A DNA stretch of 63,721 bases from Thermoplasmata archaeon (GTDB taxonomy: Archaea; Thermoplasmatota; SW-10-69-26; JACQPN01; JAJPHT01). The stretch covers positions 1-63,721 of the forward strand of contig JAXDQU010000122.1 of the NCBI GenBank assembly GCA_034667685.1. Direction: 5' to 3'. The position numbers were made by a program, and so were the translations under genes. The notes under the pieces were generated by a model. The model did not search any database. It saw only the letters and a program-made list of their open reading frames with translations, and was not told where the DNA came from. Shown piece by piece: positions 45,240-54,201 of the stretch (positions within the stretch are counted from its first letter, which is position 1; every line of letters starts with the position of its first letter).

Positions 45240-46259
45240 CTACCCTTCCTTCTCCATCTCGCGCGAATACTTGCCCTGCGCCGCGAGCCCGTTGAGCCGG
45301 GCACGCTTCAGGAACGCCTTCTGCATCGCGGCCTTGTTCTCCGCCTTGCCGGCCCACGCGTGGAGCGGCGCCTGCTGGAGCGCGCGGCCGTAGCTGAACG
45401 AGAGCGCCCACGGCTTGGGGCCCGCGGCCTTGTTCATGGCGTCGAGATACTCGGTGCTGTCCTCGTCGCTGAGGCCGCCCGAGAGGAACACGATGCCCGG
45501 CACGCTGGCGGGCACGTTGCGGCGCAGCACGTCGAGCGTCCACTCGGCGACCTGCGGCGCGTTGGCCTTCTGGCCGCTGGCGTAGCCGGGCACGACCATG
45601 TTGGGCTTCAGCAGCATGCCGGGGAACCAGACCTTCTGGAGGTGGAGCTGGTCGAACACCGCGCGCTGGATCGCGTCCGTGACCTCGAAGGCGCGCTCGG
45701 CGGTGTGGTTGCCCTCGCCGATGACCTCGGGCTCGACGATCGGCACGATGTTGGCCTCCTGGCAGAGCGCCGCGTAGCGGGCCAGCGCGTGCGCGTTCGC
45801 CTCGAGGCCGTAGCGCGTCGGGAACCCGTCGCCGATGTTGATGACCGCGCGCCACTTGGCGAAGCGCGCGCCCAGGTCGTAGTACTCCCGAAGCCTCTCG
45901 CGCAGCCCGTCCAGGCCTTCGGTGATCTCCTCGTTGGGCGCGCCGGAGAGGGGCTTGGAGCCCTTGTCGACCTTGATGCCGGGCACGACGCCGTGCTGCG
46001 CGAGGAGCTTGGGCACGGGCGTTCCGTCCACGCTCTGGCGGAGCGTCTCGTCGTAGAGGATGACGCCGCTGACGTGCTTCTCCCAGCCGGCGGCGGTGAA
46101 CATCGCGCCGCGGAACCCGATGCGGTTCTGCTCGGTGTTCTCGACGCCGATCGACTTGAGGCGCTTGCCCATCGTGCTGGTGCTCTCGTCCGCGGCCAGG
46201 ATGCCCTTGCCGGACGCCACGAGCGCCTTCGCGGTCTGCGCGAGCTGGGTCTTGTCCAT
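45240..46259 (-). CDS. Class I fructose-bisphosphate aldolase (eukaryote-like type)
   Basis: GKGILAADES, PGIKVDKG, FAKWR, VPIVEPEV, LLKPNM, FLSGG, SFSYGRALQ. Confidence 0.95.
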   Translation of the reverse strand: MDKTQLAQTAKALVASGKGILAADESTSTMGKRLKSIGVENTEQNRIGFRGAMFTAAGWEKHVSGVILYDETLRQSVDGTPVPKLLAQHGVVPGIKVDKGSKPLSGAPNEEITEGLDGLRERLREYYDLGARFAKWRAVINIGDGFPTRYGLEANAHALARYAALCQEANIVPIVEPEVIGEGNHTAERAFEVTDAIQRAVFDQLHLQKVWFPGMLLKPNMVVPGYASGQKANAPQVAEWTLDVLRRNVPASVPGIVFLSGGLSDEDSTEYLDAMNKAAGPKPWALSFSYGRALQQAPLHAWAGKAENKAAMQKAFLKRARLNGLAAQGKYSREMEKEG

Positions 46260-46355
46260 GTCCAGGTCCCTCTCTTCGAACCGGCTGATGGCGGACCCCT
46301 TGATGGCGTTTTCTCCTGCCGGCGCGCTCCTTCCCAACACCGAGAAGGGACGCCA

Positions 46356-46853
46356 TCAACCAGACGCGGGAGTCCGGAGCCACTTCGCGATGGCGGCCTC
46401 CTCGTGGGGCCACGCCATCCGGGGCAGCGCCCGCGGATCGAACCAGCGCAGCGCCTCGGAGTCGTCCGCGGCCCGCGGCTCGCCCTCCGCCTCGCAGAGG
46501 TAGACCAGGTTGAGCGTCGCGCGGCCATCGTCGTAGCCGCCCACGCCCACGTCCACGAGGCGCACGACGCGCGCGTCGAGCCCCGTCTCCTCCTTCAGCT
46601 CGCGGCGCAGCCCCTCCTCCGGATGCTCGCCCCCCTCCAGGAAGCCGCCCGGCAGGTCCCACTGCCCCTGGCGCGGGGGGCGGGCGCGCAGCGAGAGGAG
46701 GATCTTGCCCCCGCGCGCGAGGATGGCGCCGGCCGCCGGCACGGGGTTGGCGTAGTCCACCCAGCCGCACGCGGGGCAGCGCGCCCGCTCTTGGCCGTGC
46801 TCGTGGAGCGGCGCGGTGGCGTGGCCGCACTTCACGCAGAACTTCGCGGGCAC
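46356..46853 (-). CDS. NUDIX hydrolase with N-terminal Zn ribbon
   Basis: FCVKCG..CPACG..YANP; PGGFLEGGEHPEEGLRRELKEETG. Confidence 0.92.
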   Translation of the reverse strand: MPAKFCVKCGHATAPLHEHGQERARCPACGWVDYANPVPAAGAILARGGKILLSLRARPPRQGQWDLPGGFLEGGEHPEEGLRRELKEETGLDARVVRLVDVGVGGYDDGRATLNLVYLCEAEGEPRAADDSEALRWFDPRALPRMAWPHEEAAIAKWLRTPASG

Positions 46854-46943
46854 GCGCGGGGCAGGCGCCGGGGAGCCGCATTAGCCCTTTCGCTTCGATG
46901 GCGCTTCGCGGCGCTTATGAGGCCCGCGCCGTCGTGCTCCAGC

Positions 46944-47258
46944 ATGGCGAAGCCGAAGGGCAAGTCCTCCGCGAAGGGCGGGGGCGGCAAGACGAAGGGC
47001 GGGTTCCTCGCCGCCTTCGTCGCCACCGTCGCCCTCGTCGCGGTCGTCGCGATGGCGTGGGACGCCTACGGCCTCGACGGCTACTCGCCGAGCTTCGCCG
47101 TCTCCGGCTGGCCCATGGTCGGCGCGCTCGTCCTCGTGGGCGCGTGCGGCCTCGCGTACTGGCGCGGCGGCAAGCCCGCGCTCTGGGGCGTCGTGGCCGC
47201 GACGTGCGGCGCCGCGCTCGTGCTCGCGTGGCTCACAGACTCGCTTCCCCGGCCATGA
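46944..47258 (+). CDS. Small 3-TM membrane protein with Lys/Gly-rich N-terminus
   Basis: MAKPKGKSSAKGGGGKTK then three hydrophobic helices; CTTAT box upstream. Confidence 0.7.
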   Translation: MAKPKGKSSAKGGGGKTKGGFLAAFVATVALVAVVAMAWDAYGLDGYSPSFAVSGWPMVGALVLVGACGLAYWRGGKPALWGVVAATCGAALVLAWLTDSLPRP

Positions 47259-48144
47259 CGCGCACGCACGCGCCGCCCACGCGCACGGTCGCGGGCGCGC
47301 CGCCGCGCATCTCGACCTCGACGTTGACGCGCCCGGGCCTTCCCATGACGTGCCCCTGGGTGTGCACGTAACGCACGACGCCATCGGCGCCGGGCTTCGC
47401 AAGACCGTGCTGCGCGACGTAGGCGCCCAGGCACCCCGACGCGCTGCCCGTGACGGGGTCCTCGAACTCGCCCGCGACGAGCCCGCGTGCAGCGGAGAGC
47501 GCGTCCTTCTCGAAGCCTTCGAGCGCGAACGGGTAGACCATGTGCCGGACGCCCCAGCCGTGGAGCCGCGCCTTGGCGTCGGGGGCGAGCTGCACCTTGC
47601 GCAGCGCGTCGAGCGAGCGCAGCGGCACGAGAAGCCAGCCCACGCCCGTGTCCACGACCTGGCTGGGCAGGTCGGAGCGCACGTCGGAGGGGGCGAGCCC
47701 GAGCAGGTCGACCATCTCGCGCGCGTCGAACGTCTTGCCGAAGCGGGGCGGCGCCTGCGTGGTGAGCACGTTCACGACGCGGCCCCCCTGGCGGTCGACG
47801 TCGATGGGCAGCAGGCCCGCGCCGACCTCCTGCACGACGCTCGTGCGCCCATCGGCCGGACCGGCGTGGCGCCCCTCCTCGGCGAGCAGCCAGTGGGTGC
47901 CCACGCTCGGATGGCCGGCGTAGGGCAGCTCATCGTGCGGCGTGAAGATGCGCACGCGCGCCGCGGCCTTCGCGGGGTCGGTCGGAGGCAGCACGAACGT
48001 CGTCTCGCTGAGGTTCAGCTCCTTGGCGAGCGCCTGCATCTCCGCGTCCGAGAGCCCGCGCCCATCGGGGAACACGGCGAGCGGGTTGCCCGCGAACGGC
48101 TTGTCAGCGAAGACATCCAGCACGACATAGCGGAAGCGGCGCAT
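47233..48144 (-). CDS. PhzF-family isomerase
   Basis: DVF...FAGNP, NLSETTF, RIFTP..ELPYAGHP, EDPVTGSA. Confidence 0.93.
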   Translation of the reverse strand: MRRFRYVVLDVFADKPFAGNPLAVFPDGRGLSDAEMQALAKELNLSETTFVLPPTDPAKAAARVRIFTPHDELPYAGHPSVGTHWLLAEEGRHAGPADGRTSVVQEVGAGLLPIDVDRQGGRVVNVLTTQAPPRFGKTFDAREMVDLLGLAPSDVRSDLPSQVVDTGVGWLLVPLRSLDALRKVQLAPDAKARLHGWGVRHMVYPFALEGFEKDALSAARGLVAGEFEDPVTGSASGCLGAYVAQHGLAKPGADGVVRYVHTQGHVMGRPGRVNVEVEMRGGAPATVRVGGACVRVMAGEASL

Positions 48145-48226
48145 GCGGCGCCAGCCCGCAACGAGGGGATGGGGTTTTCCCTTCCGCCGGCAGACACATG
48201 ACCGCGATTGTGCAGAACGGTCACGC

Positions 48227-48616
48227 ATGCGCGCGGCGCTGCTCGTGGTGCTCCTGCTCGCGGGCTGCGCGACCGAGGCGGAGGTCCCGGTCCTCGCGCA
48301 CGCGCGGGTGGACGCGCTCGCCGTGACGCCCGCGTGCGTGCCGCGCGGCGCGACGATCACGCTCTCGGTCACGATCTCGAATCCCACGGACGAGGCCGGC
48401 GAGATCCGCTTCGCCCTCTACGCACAGCAGGTCGGCAACCTCGTCGAGGCGCGCGAGCCGCTGGCGCCGCACGAGACGCGCAATGTGAGCTATCAGGCGA
48501 CGGCCGACGTGGTGGGCCGGACGACGATCTACGCCACGGGCGCCGACGTGCGCGCGGGCCAGGCGCAGCTCGTCGTCGCCGATCCTGATAGCAATCCGCC
48601 CGTCCGGTGCCCGTGA
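48227..48616 (+). CDS. Lipoprotein with Ig-like (CARDB-like) domain
   Basis: LLAGC lipobox; ITLSVTISNP, LAPHETRNVSY. Confidence 0.7.
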   Translation: MRAALLVVLLLAGCATEAEVPVLAHARVDALAVTPACVPRGATITLSVTISNPTDEAGEIRFALYAQQVGNLVEAREPLAPHETRNVSYQATADVVGRTTIYATGADVRAGQAQLVVADPDSNPPVRCP

Positions 48617-48687
48617 GGGGCTCGGGGCTCTGGACTCAGGACTCTGGGCTCCGGAGCCCAGAGCCTGGAGCCCCGAGCCCGGAGCCC
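48617..48687. repeat. Iterated palindrome family A
   Basis: ggggctcggggctctggactcaggactctgggctccggagcccagagcctggagccccgagcccggagccc. Confidence 0.85.
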
Positions 48688-48716
48688 TTTTGAGGGCGGG
48701 CCGAAATGCCTCGCGC

Positions 48717-49787
48717 ATGGCCCGCGAGGCCGTCAACGAGCCCTCCGTCGCGATCCTCATGGACTTCGAGAACGCGCGCGACGTGAACCTGAACCGCGTG
48801 CTCACGGAGGCCGCCGCCTTCGGTCGCGTCATCGTGCGCCGCGCGTACGCCGACTGGACGCGCCACGCCAAGGCGCAGAACGGCCTGCGCGAGGCGGGCT
48901 TCGAGGAGGTCCACCAGTTCACCACGGGCAGCGGCACGAAGAACGCGACCGACATCATGCTCACCGTGGACGCGATGGACATCCTCTACACGCGCCCCGT
49001 GGACGTCTTCATGCTCGTGACGGCGGACAGCGACTTCGCCAAGCTCGCGCGCCGGCTCCGCGAGGGCGGCAAGCGCGTCGTGGGCATGGGCAGCAAGAAG
49101 CGCGTGGGCCGCGCGCTCGTGCAGAGCTGCGACCAGTTCATCTACTACGACCAGGCGCCCGCCCCGCCGCCCGCCGCGACGCTCCCCGAGGCCGCGTACG
49201 CGGAGGAGGCGCGCGCCGCGGCGACGACGAAGACGGCGCAGCCTCCCGCCAAGGGGAGCACGAAGCTCACCGAGGGGCACCGCATCGTGCTGGAGGCGAT
49301 GCCCGCGGCGGCCGACGACGAGGGGCGCGTCTACGGCGGCCCGCTCCACGAGAGCATCCGGAGGATCCGGCCCGACTTCAGCTACCGCGACTTCGGCTTC
49401 TCCTCGTTCCTGCGCTTCATCGAGTCGCTGGCGCCCATCATCCGCACGCGCCGCGACCCGGACGCCTCCGACTTCGCGGTGTGGGTCGATCCGGCCTACG
49501 AGGCCGAGCTGCCCAACGTGCGCGACCTGCCCACCGAGGTCCCCCCGGTCGGGGTGGAGCTCGACGAGGACGTGCAGGTGCACATCCACCGCCGCTGGAA
49601 GGACCTCCTGGGCGACCGCAAGCGCCTCGCGGGCTCGCGCGCCGCGGAGGTCGTGGCGGAGGAGTACGGCGTCGAGCGGCTCGCCGACACGCCGCTGAAG
49701 GACCTGCAAGGCGTGCTGGACGCCGCGCCCGAGCTCGCCCGGCGCTGGAAGCGGGAGCGCGCGAGCCTCGTTCCCGTCGCGCGATAG
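48717..49787 (+). CDS. NYN (PIN-like) domain + OST-HTH/LOTUS protein
   Basis: MDFEN, RAYADW, KNATDI..VDAMD, TADSDF; PDFSYRDFGFSSF. Confidence 0.9.
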   Translation: MAREAVNEPSVAILMDFENARDVNLNRVLTEAAAFGRVIVRRAYADWTRHAKAQNGLREAGFEEVHQFTTGSGTKNATDIMLTVDAMDILYTRPVDVFMLVTADSDFAKLARRLREGGKRVVGMGSKKRVGRALVQSCDQFIYYDQAPAPPPAATLPEAAYAEEARAAATTKTAQPPAKGSTKLTEGHRIVLEAMPAAADDEGRVYGGPLHESIRRIRPDFSYRDFGFSSFLRFIESLAPIIRTRRDPDASDFAVWVDPAYEAELPNVRDLPTEVPPVGVELDEDVQVHIHRRWKDLLGDRKRLAGSRAAEVVAEEYGVERLADTPLKDLQGVLDAAPELARRWKRERASLVPVAR

Positions 49788-49847
49788 CTCCGCCCCGTTC
49801 GGCGTTCGGCCGCAGCTATATGCACGCCCGCGCCGACGGGGGAGGGC

Positions 49848-50468
49848 ATGCGCGTCGCCGTGACCCGCGCTCTCGCCGCCGCGGCCATCGCCTTGGCCGG
49901 GACGGGGCTCACCACGGGCCTCGCGCTGCACGTCCTGGAGCCCTCGCTCGATCCGCTGCACCGCATGCTCAGCGACTACGGCGACACGCCGCACCGCCCC
50001 GTGCTGGAAGTGGCGGAGATCGCCATCGGCGCCTCGGGCATCCTGGCCGCCGCCGCGCTCGCCGTGGGCGCCGGCGCCACCCGCGCGACCCTCGTGGGCA
50101 CCAGCATGCTCGTGCTCGCGGGCGCGACGACGCTGGGGCTCGCCATCTGGCCCGACGGCGTGATGCACCTCTCCATGGTCTGGGCCGGCCAGGGCGTGAC
50201 GCTCGTGGCGATGGGCGCGTTCGCGTTCGGCTCGCGCAGCCGCCAGACGTGGCGGACGTTCGGCGTGCTATCGTGGACGCTCGTCGCGCTCACCGCGCTG
50301 GGCATCGTGGGCGCCGAGTGGCTCACCCCGTTCCCCGCCCTCATCCAGCGCGGCTATTGGGCCGTGCTCATCGCCTGGGTCGTGGCGGGCGCCGTCGCCG
50401 CATTGCGCGCCGTCCCCTCGGCCGAGAACGGGTCCCTCAGCGTCCGGCCCGCGATGGCCTCGCGGTAG
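49848..50468 (+). CDS. DUF998-like membrane protein
   Basis: LDPLHRMLSDYG, conserved His, LIQR; about 5-6 TM. Confidence 0.65.
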   Translation: MRVAVTRALAAAAIALAGTGLTTGLALHVLEPSLDPLHRMLSDYGDTPHRPVLEVAEIAIGASGILAAAALAVGAGATRATLVGTSMLVLAGATTLGLAIWPDGVMHLSMVWAGQGVTLVAMGAFAFGSRSRQTWRTFGVLSWTLVALTALGIVGAEWLTPFPALIQRGYWAVLIAWVVAGAVAALRAVPSAENGSLSVRPAMASR

Positions 50469-50894
50469 AACGCCACGAACTCGGGATGGAGCAGCCCCTC
50501 GCGCACCGCGACGAACTTGTCGATCCCGCCGGCCGCGTCGAACATCTCGCTGAACGCCGGCTGCGTGTCGCGCCACTCCCGCTCCAGGTTGGGGAACCGG
50601 AGGAACTGGTTGCGCGTCTCGCGGAAGCGCTCGTACATCGCGAGGTTGCTCTCCATGCGCGCCAGCATCGTCGCGTTCTCGCTCTGCCGGCGCGCCTCGT
50701 CGGCCTGCCGGTGCGCGGCCGCCGCCTGCGAGCGGAAGTAGACGGCGGAGATCGCGGTCGCGACGCACCCGCCTGCGCCGAGCCGACGGAGGCGCGCCTC
50801 CGTCGGCTCGGCTAGCCGAAGCCCCCCGGCGAAGCCTGGCGGCTTCGGCGGCGCCCAGAACGACGCCCACGAGCGCCACGGGATCGATCGCCAT
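50354..50894 (-). pseudogene. N-terminal-TM protein gene interrupted by a 76-bp double-hairpin insertion
   Basis: Removing 50780-50855 gives a continuous 154-aa ORF MAIDPVALVGVVLGAGGCVATAISAVYFRSQ...MLARMESNL... Confidence 0.7.
50775..50855. mobile_element. REP/MITE-like double-hairpin insertion flanked by a GCGCC direct repeat
   Basis: Perfect 36-bp palindrome 50777-50812, then TA, then gccgaagcc...ggcttcggc hairpin 50815-50849; gcgcc at 50775-50779 and 50851-50855. Confidence 0.6.
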
Positions 50895-50937
50895 GCGGCG
50901 TACTGCCACCCCGCGCTCTTTTTTCTTCCGGACGCGC

Positions 50938-51438
50938 ATGACGCCCCCGATGGGCGAGAAGCTCTTCCTCACGTTCGACAACGAGTACGCCGTCCCGCCC
51001 GAGTACGCGATGGCGTGGCTGCTGGACTTCCGCGAGGACGACATGCAGCACGCCGGCGGCGCCAAGATGCCCGCGATCCGCGTCACGAAGCTCCCCGACG
51101 GGCGCATCCAGCGCGAGTTCGCGCTCCCGATGGGCCTGGGCAACTTCGTGACGAAGACGCGCGTCGAGAGCAAGGACACGTGGATCGCCGACTGCGAGAA
51201 CCGCGACCCCAAGTCGGGGAAGGTCACGTCGACCAACCGCATCGTGGAGAGCGTGCGCCCCGCGGGCCCGGGCACGCGCCACCACGTCGACCTCTACCAG
51301 ACGGACCTCACGCTGAAGAGCCGCATCTTCGCCGCGCTCGGGAAGCCGATGCAGCGCGCGCAGATCAAGAAGCTCTTCGCCGTGCAGAAGCGCGACATGG
51401 AAGCCGCGCACAAGGCGGGGAAGCCGCCCACGGCGTGA
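50938..51438 (+). CDS. START/SRPBCC-like hypothetical protein
   Basis: VPPEYAMAWLLDF N-terminal motif, beta-rich core, C-terminal helix; strong codon bias. Confidence 0.7.
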   Translation: MTPPMGEKLFLTFDNEYAVPPEYAMAWLLDFREDDMQHAGGAKMPAIRVTKLPDGRIQREFALPMGLGNFVTKTRVESKDTWIADCENRDPKSGKVTSTNRIVESVRPAGPGTRHHVDLYQTDLTLKSRIFAALGKPMQRAQIKKLFAVQKRDMEAAHKAGKPPTA

Positions 51439-51494
51439 GCGTGAGCGGCGATCTCCGGAGGAGATTCAAGCCTCCGACGCCGCTCCAACGCGAC

Positions 51495-51625
51495 GTGCGC
51501 GATCCTGACTTGCCCCTGCTGCGCGAAAGCCTGCGGACGACTAATGCCTCGTGGTCGGAGCGGGGTTCGCGCTGCTGACCCTTGCGGTCGTCTGCTACGC
51601 GGGGGCTGCCTTTTATGGTCTCTGA
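51495..51625 (+). pseudogene. Possible frameshifted micro membrane protein
   Basis: Adding one base near 51547 gives MRDPDLPLLRESLRTTNALVVGAGFALLTLAVVCYAGAAFYGL. Confidence 0.25.
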
Positions 51626-52005
51626 GCGCCTAGCTTCCGTCGTGCATGGCGCGAAGAAACCGGAGAAGGTGGAGCCGGCGCCGCCGGCCTCGATCGCGAA
51701 GCTCCGGCGCGAACCCCGGCCGCGCTGATCCTACCCGGCGCCGAGGTGCCCTCGCCCGCGCGAACGGCCCGGCCGCGCCGTCGAGCACGTACGCGGGCGC
51801 GTGGCCCGGCTCGTACTCCACGAGCGTCTGGGTGGCCTCGGTGCGACCCATGAGCGGTCTCGGGAGGCGGCAGGTGCGGCGCGTGCCGACGCGGACGTCG
51901 GGCGACCCCGGCCCGTGGGACGACGCAGCAGCACGCGCGGTCGTCCGCGCAGACGACGACACGGAAGCCGCGGTCCACGACGCAGCCGCACTCGGCGCAC
52001 TTCAC
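51613..52005 (-). CDS. Hypothetical protein with Cys-rich N-terminus
   Basis: MKCAECGCVVDRGFRVVVCADDRACCCVVP; the rest of the ORF looks non-coding-like. Confidence 0.3.
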   Translation of the reverse strand: MKCAECGCVVDRGFRVVVCADDRACCCVVPRAGVARRPRRHAPHLPPPETAHGSHRGHPDARGVRAGPRARVRARRRGRAVRAGEGTSAPGRISAAGVRAGASRSRPAAPAPPSPVSSRHARRKLGAQRP

Positions 52006-52065
52006 GGGGCCGGGGAGCTGCTCCGAACCAAGATGCTTTTCCACCGGAGGCGCCGTGCGCGCCGC

Positions 52066-52500
52066 ATGGTCGACGTGACCGTCAGCGGCCTGGTGCGCGC
52101 GCCGCCCCAGAAGGTCTTCGAGTTCCTCGCAGACCTGGAGAACTGGCCGCGCTGGCAGGACGACATGAAGAGCACGAAGCTCGTCGAGGGCGAGCGCGGG
52201 CGCGTCGGCGCGCGCTATCGTTACGTCTCGAAGGCGATGGGCCAGACGTTCGACAGCACGGTGCGCGTGAGCGCGGTCGAGCCCGGCCGTCTCGTGGCGT
52301 TCGAAGGCGAGTGGGCCGGCATGATCCGCCCCAGCGGCCGCTACCTGGTCGAGCCCGCCGAGGGCGGCTCGCGCGTCACGCTCAACCCGCACCCCGAGGC
52401 GCGCGGCTTCGGCAAGCTCATGGCGCCGCTCATGGGCGCGATGATCCGGCGGCTGAACAAGCAGCACCTGGAGAAGCTGCGCGTGGCGCTGGAAGCCTAG
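52066..52500 (+). CDS. SRPBCC (polyketide cyclase/START) family protein
   Basis: RAPPQKVFEFLADLENWPRW, VEPGRLVAF, LEKLRVALE. Confidence 0.9.
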   Translation: MVDVTVSGLVRAPPQKVFEFLADLENWPRWQDDMKSTKLVEGERGRVGARYRYVSKAMGQTFDSTVRVSAVEPGRLVAFEGEWAGMIRPSGRYLVEPAEGGSRVTLNPHPEARGFGKLMAPLMGAMIRRLNKQHLEKLRVALEA

Positions 52501-53688
52501 CTACAACCCCATGCACTTCGCGATCGTCATGCGCTGGATCTCGGAGCTCCCTTCCCAGATGCGCATGACGCGGGCCCAGCGCAGGATGCGCTCGATCTCG
52601 TTCTCGCGCAGCACGCCCTGGCCGCCCATGGCCTGCACGCAGCGGTCCGCGACGTTCCAGAGGACCTCGCTGCAGTAGAGCTTGGTCATGCTCGTCTCGG
52701 CGATGGCGGACTCGCCCTCGTCCACGCACCACGCGGCGTAGAGCGCCAGCGCGCGGGCGGCGGTGATCTCGGTCTTGCAGTCGGCGAGCGGGAAGCTCAC
52801 GCCCTGGAACTTGCTGACGGGCTTGCCGAAGGCCTTGCGCTCGGTGACGTACTGCACGGTCTTGTCGAGGCAGAACTCCGAGAGCCCGATGCACTGGCCG
52901 CCCAGCTGCATCCTGATATCATTGATGTTCTGGAGCGCGTGCCACCAGCCCTCGCCCGGCTCGCCGATGACGTTCTCCTTGGGCACGCGGCAGTCCTCGA
53001 AGACGAGGTGCGCCGGGAGGCCGTTGTTGGCGATCGTCTCCATCGTCTCGACGACGCGGAAGCCCTTCGTCCCCTTCGGCACGAGGAACGCGCTGATCGC
53101 GCCCATGTCCTCGTCGCTCGTCTTGGCGAACACGCACGCGAAATCGGCGTAGGGGCCGTTGGTGATGAACACCTTCTCGCCGTTGAGGACCCACTCGTCC
53201 CCGTCGAGGCGCGCGGTGGTCTGGATGCCCTTCACGTCGCTGCCGGCGCCCGGCTCGGTGAGCGCGAAGCAGCTCGTCTTCTCGCCGCGCACCAGAGGAT
53301 AGAGATATCGTTCTCGCATGTCTTCGGGGAGCGCGAGGAGCATCCGGCTGGGGCCTTCGATGCTCGCGAGCACGCTCAGCGTGAAACCCAGGCCGTGACG
53401 GAACACCGTGCGGTTGGCCTCGACGAGCGCGACCTTGCGCAGGCCCGCGCCGCCGACCTCGGGGGGCAGGTGGGCCGCGTAGAATCCCTCGGCCGCGGAC
53501 TTCCGGCGGATGTCGCGCGAGAGCGCGAGCACGTCGTGCTGGATCGAGCTGTCGGGCAGGAAGACGTTGGACTCCTTGCGCGCCCGCACCCGATATCGCT
53601 CGTGGTGGGGCTCGACCTCGCAGGCGAGGAACGCCTCAAGCCGCTCGATGAACTTCTGCTCGTCCGGGGTGAGACGGAAGTCGACCAT
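52501..53688 (-). CDS. Acyl-CoA dehydrogenase
   Basis: CFALTEPGAGSD, NGEKVFITNG, RKAFG, RIWEGSSEIQR. Confidence 0.95.
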   Translation of the reverse strand: MVDFRLTPDEQKFIERLEAFLACEVEPHHERYRVRARKESNVFLPDSSIQHDVLALSRDIRRKSAAEGFYAAHLPPEVGGAGLRKVALVEANRTVFRHGLGFTLSVLASIEGPSRMLLALPEDMRERYLYPLVRGEKTSCFALTEPGAGSDVKGIQTTARLDGDEWVLNGEKVFITNGPYADFACVFAKTSDEDMGAISAFLVPKGTKGFRVVETMETIANNGLPAHLVFEDCRVPKENVIGEPGEGWWHALQNINDIRMQLGGQCIGLSEFCLDKTVQYVTERKAFGKPVSKFQGVSFPLADCKTEITAARALALYAAWCVDEGESAIAETSMTKLYCSEVLWNVADRCVQAMGGQGVLRENEIERILRWARVMRIWEGSSEIQRMTIAKCMGL

Positions 53689-53769
53689 GTGAATCCTTCT
53701 TTCAACCTGGTTGCAGGAATACACTGAAGGTCCCACAAGGCATCAACGCGGAGGTGGAGCGCGCGACCC

Positions 53770-54201
53770 TTGGTATCCCGCGGTAAACCGAAGCCGCTCG
53801 ACGTGGACGCCGCGCTCGCCTCGTTCCTGCGCGCGAGCCGCGCGACGCTCTTCGATCCGTGGCGCGCGATGATGGACGCGAGCGACGACCTGCAGCGCGA
53901 CACGGGCGCGATCGTCGAGCTGCTCCAGGTCTTCTTCAACAAGTGGGTCGTCGAGATCCTCGTCGTGCTCGGCCAAGGGGAGACGCGCCGCTTCAACGAG
54001 TTGAAGAAAAGCCTGCCGGGCATCTCGGGGCGCACGCTCTCCGCCCGGCTGCGCGACCTCGAGGAGCAGGGGCTCGTGAAGCGCCAGATGTTCGACGAGA
54101 TGCCGGTGCGCGTCGAATACTCCCTCACGAAGCGCGGCACCGACGTGGCCGTGCTCGCGCTGCCCCTCGTGCTCTACCTCATGGCAGGGCAGGACGCCTA
54201 G
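53770..54201 (+). CDS. HxlR-family transcriptional regulator
   Basis: KWVVEIL, RRFNELKKSLPGISGRTLSARLRDLE, PVRVEYSLT; divergent from the acyl-CoA dehydrogenase. Confidence 0.92.
   Translation: MVSRGKPKPLDVDAALASFLRASRATLFDPWRAMMDASDDLQRDTGAIVELLQVFFNKWVVEILVVLGQGETRRFNELKKSLPGISGRTLSARLRDLEEQGLVKRQMFDEMPVRVEYSLTKRGTDVAVLALPLVLYLMAGQDA

Noticed and set aside
47233-48144. Phenazine biosynthesis cluster
   Set aside because: Stand-alone PhzF-family gene with no other phz genes
1861-48687. Intergenic repeats as a possible CRISPR array
   Set aside because: Units are 6-9 nt with no unique spacers, arranged as inverted arms; no cas genes in the window
50775-50855. Canonical archaeal bulge-helix-bulge mRNA intron
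   Set aside because: No 3-4-3 BHB motif visible at the junctions; direct repeats fit an insertion better
53703-53713. caacc-t-ggttg palindrome between the acyl-CoA dehydrogenase and HxlR
   Set aside because: Only 5-bp arms; plausible operator but not distinguishable from chance
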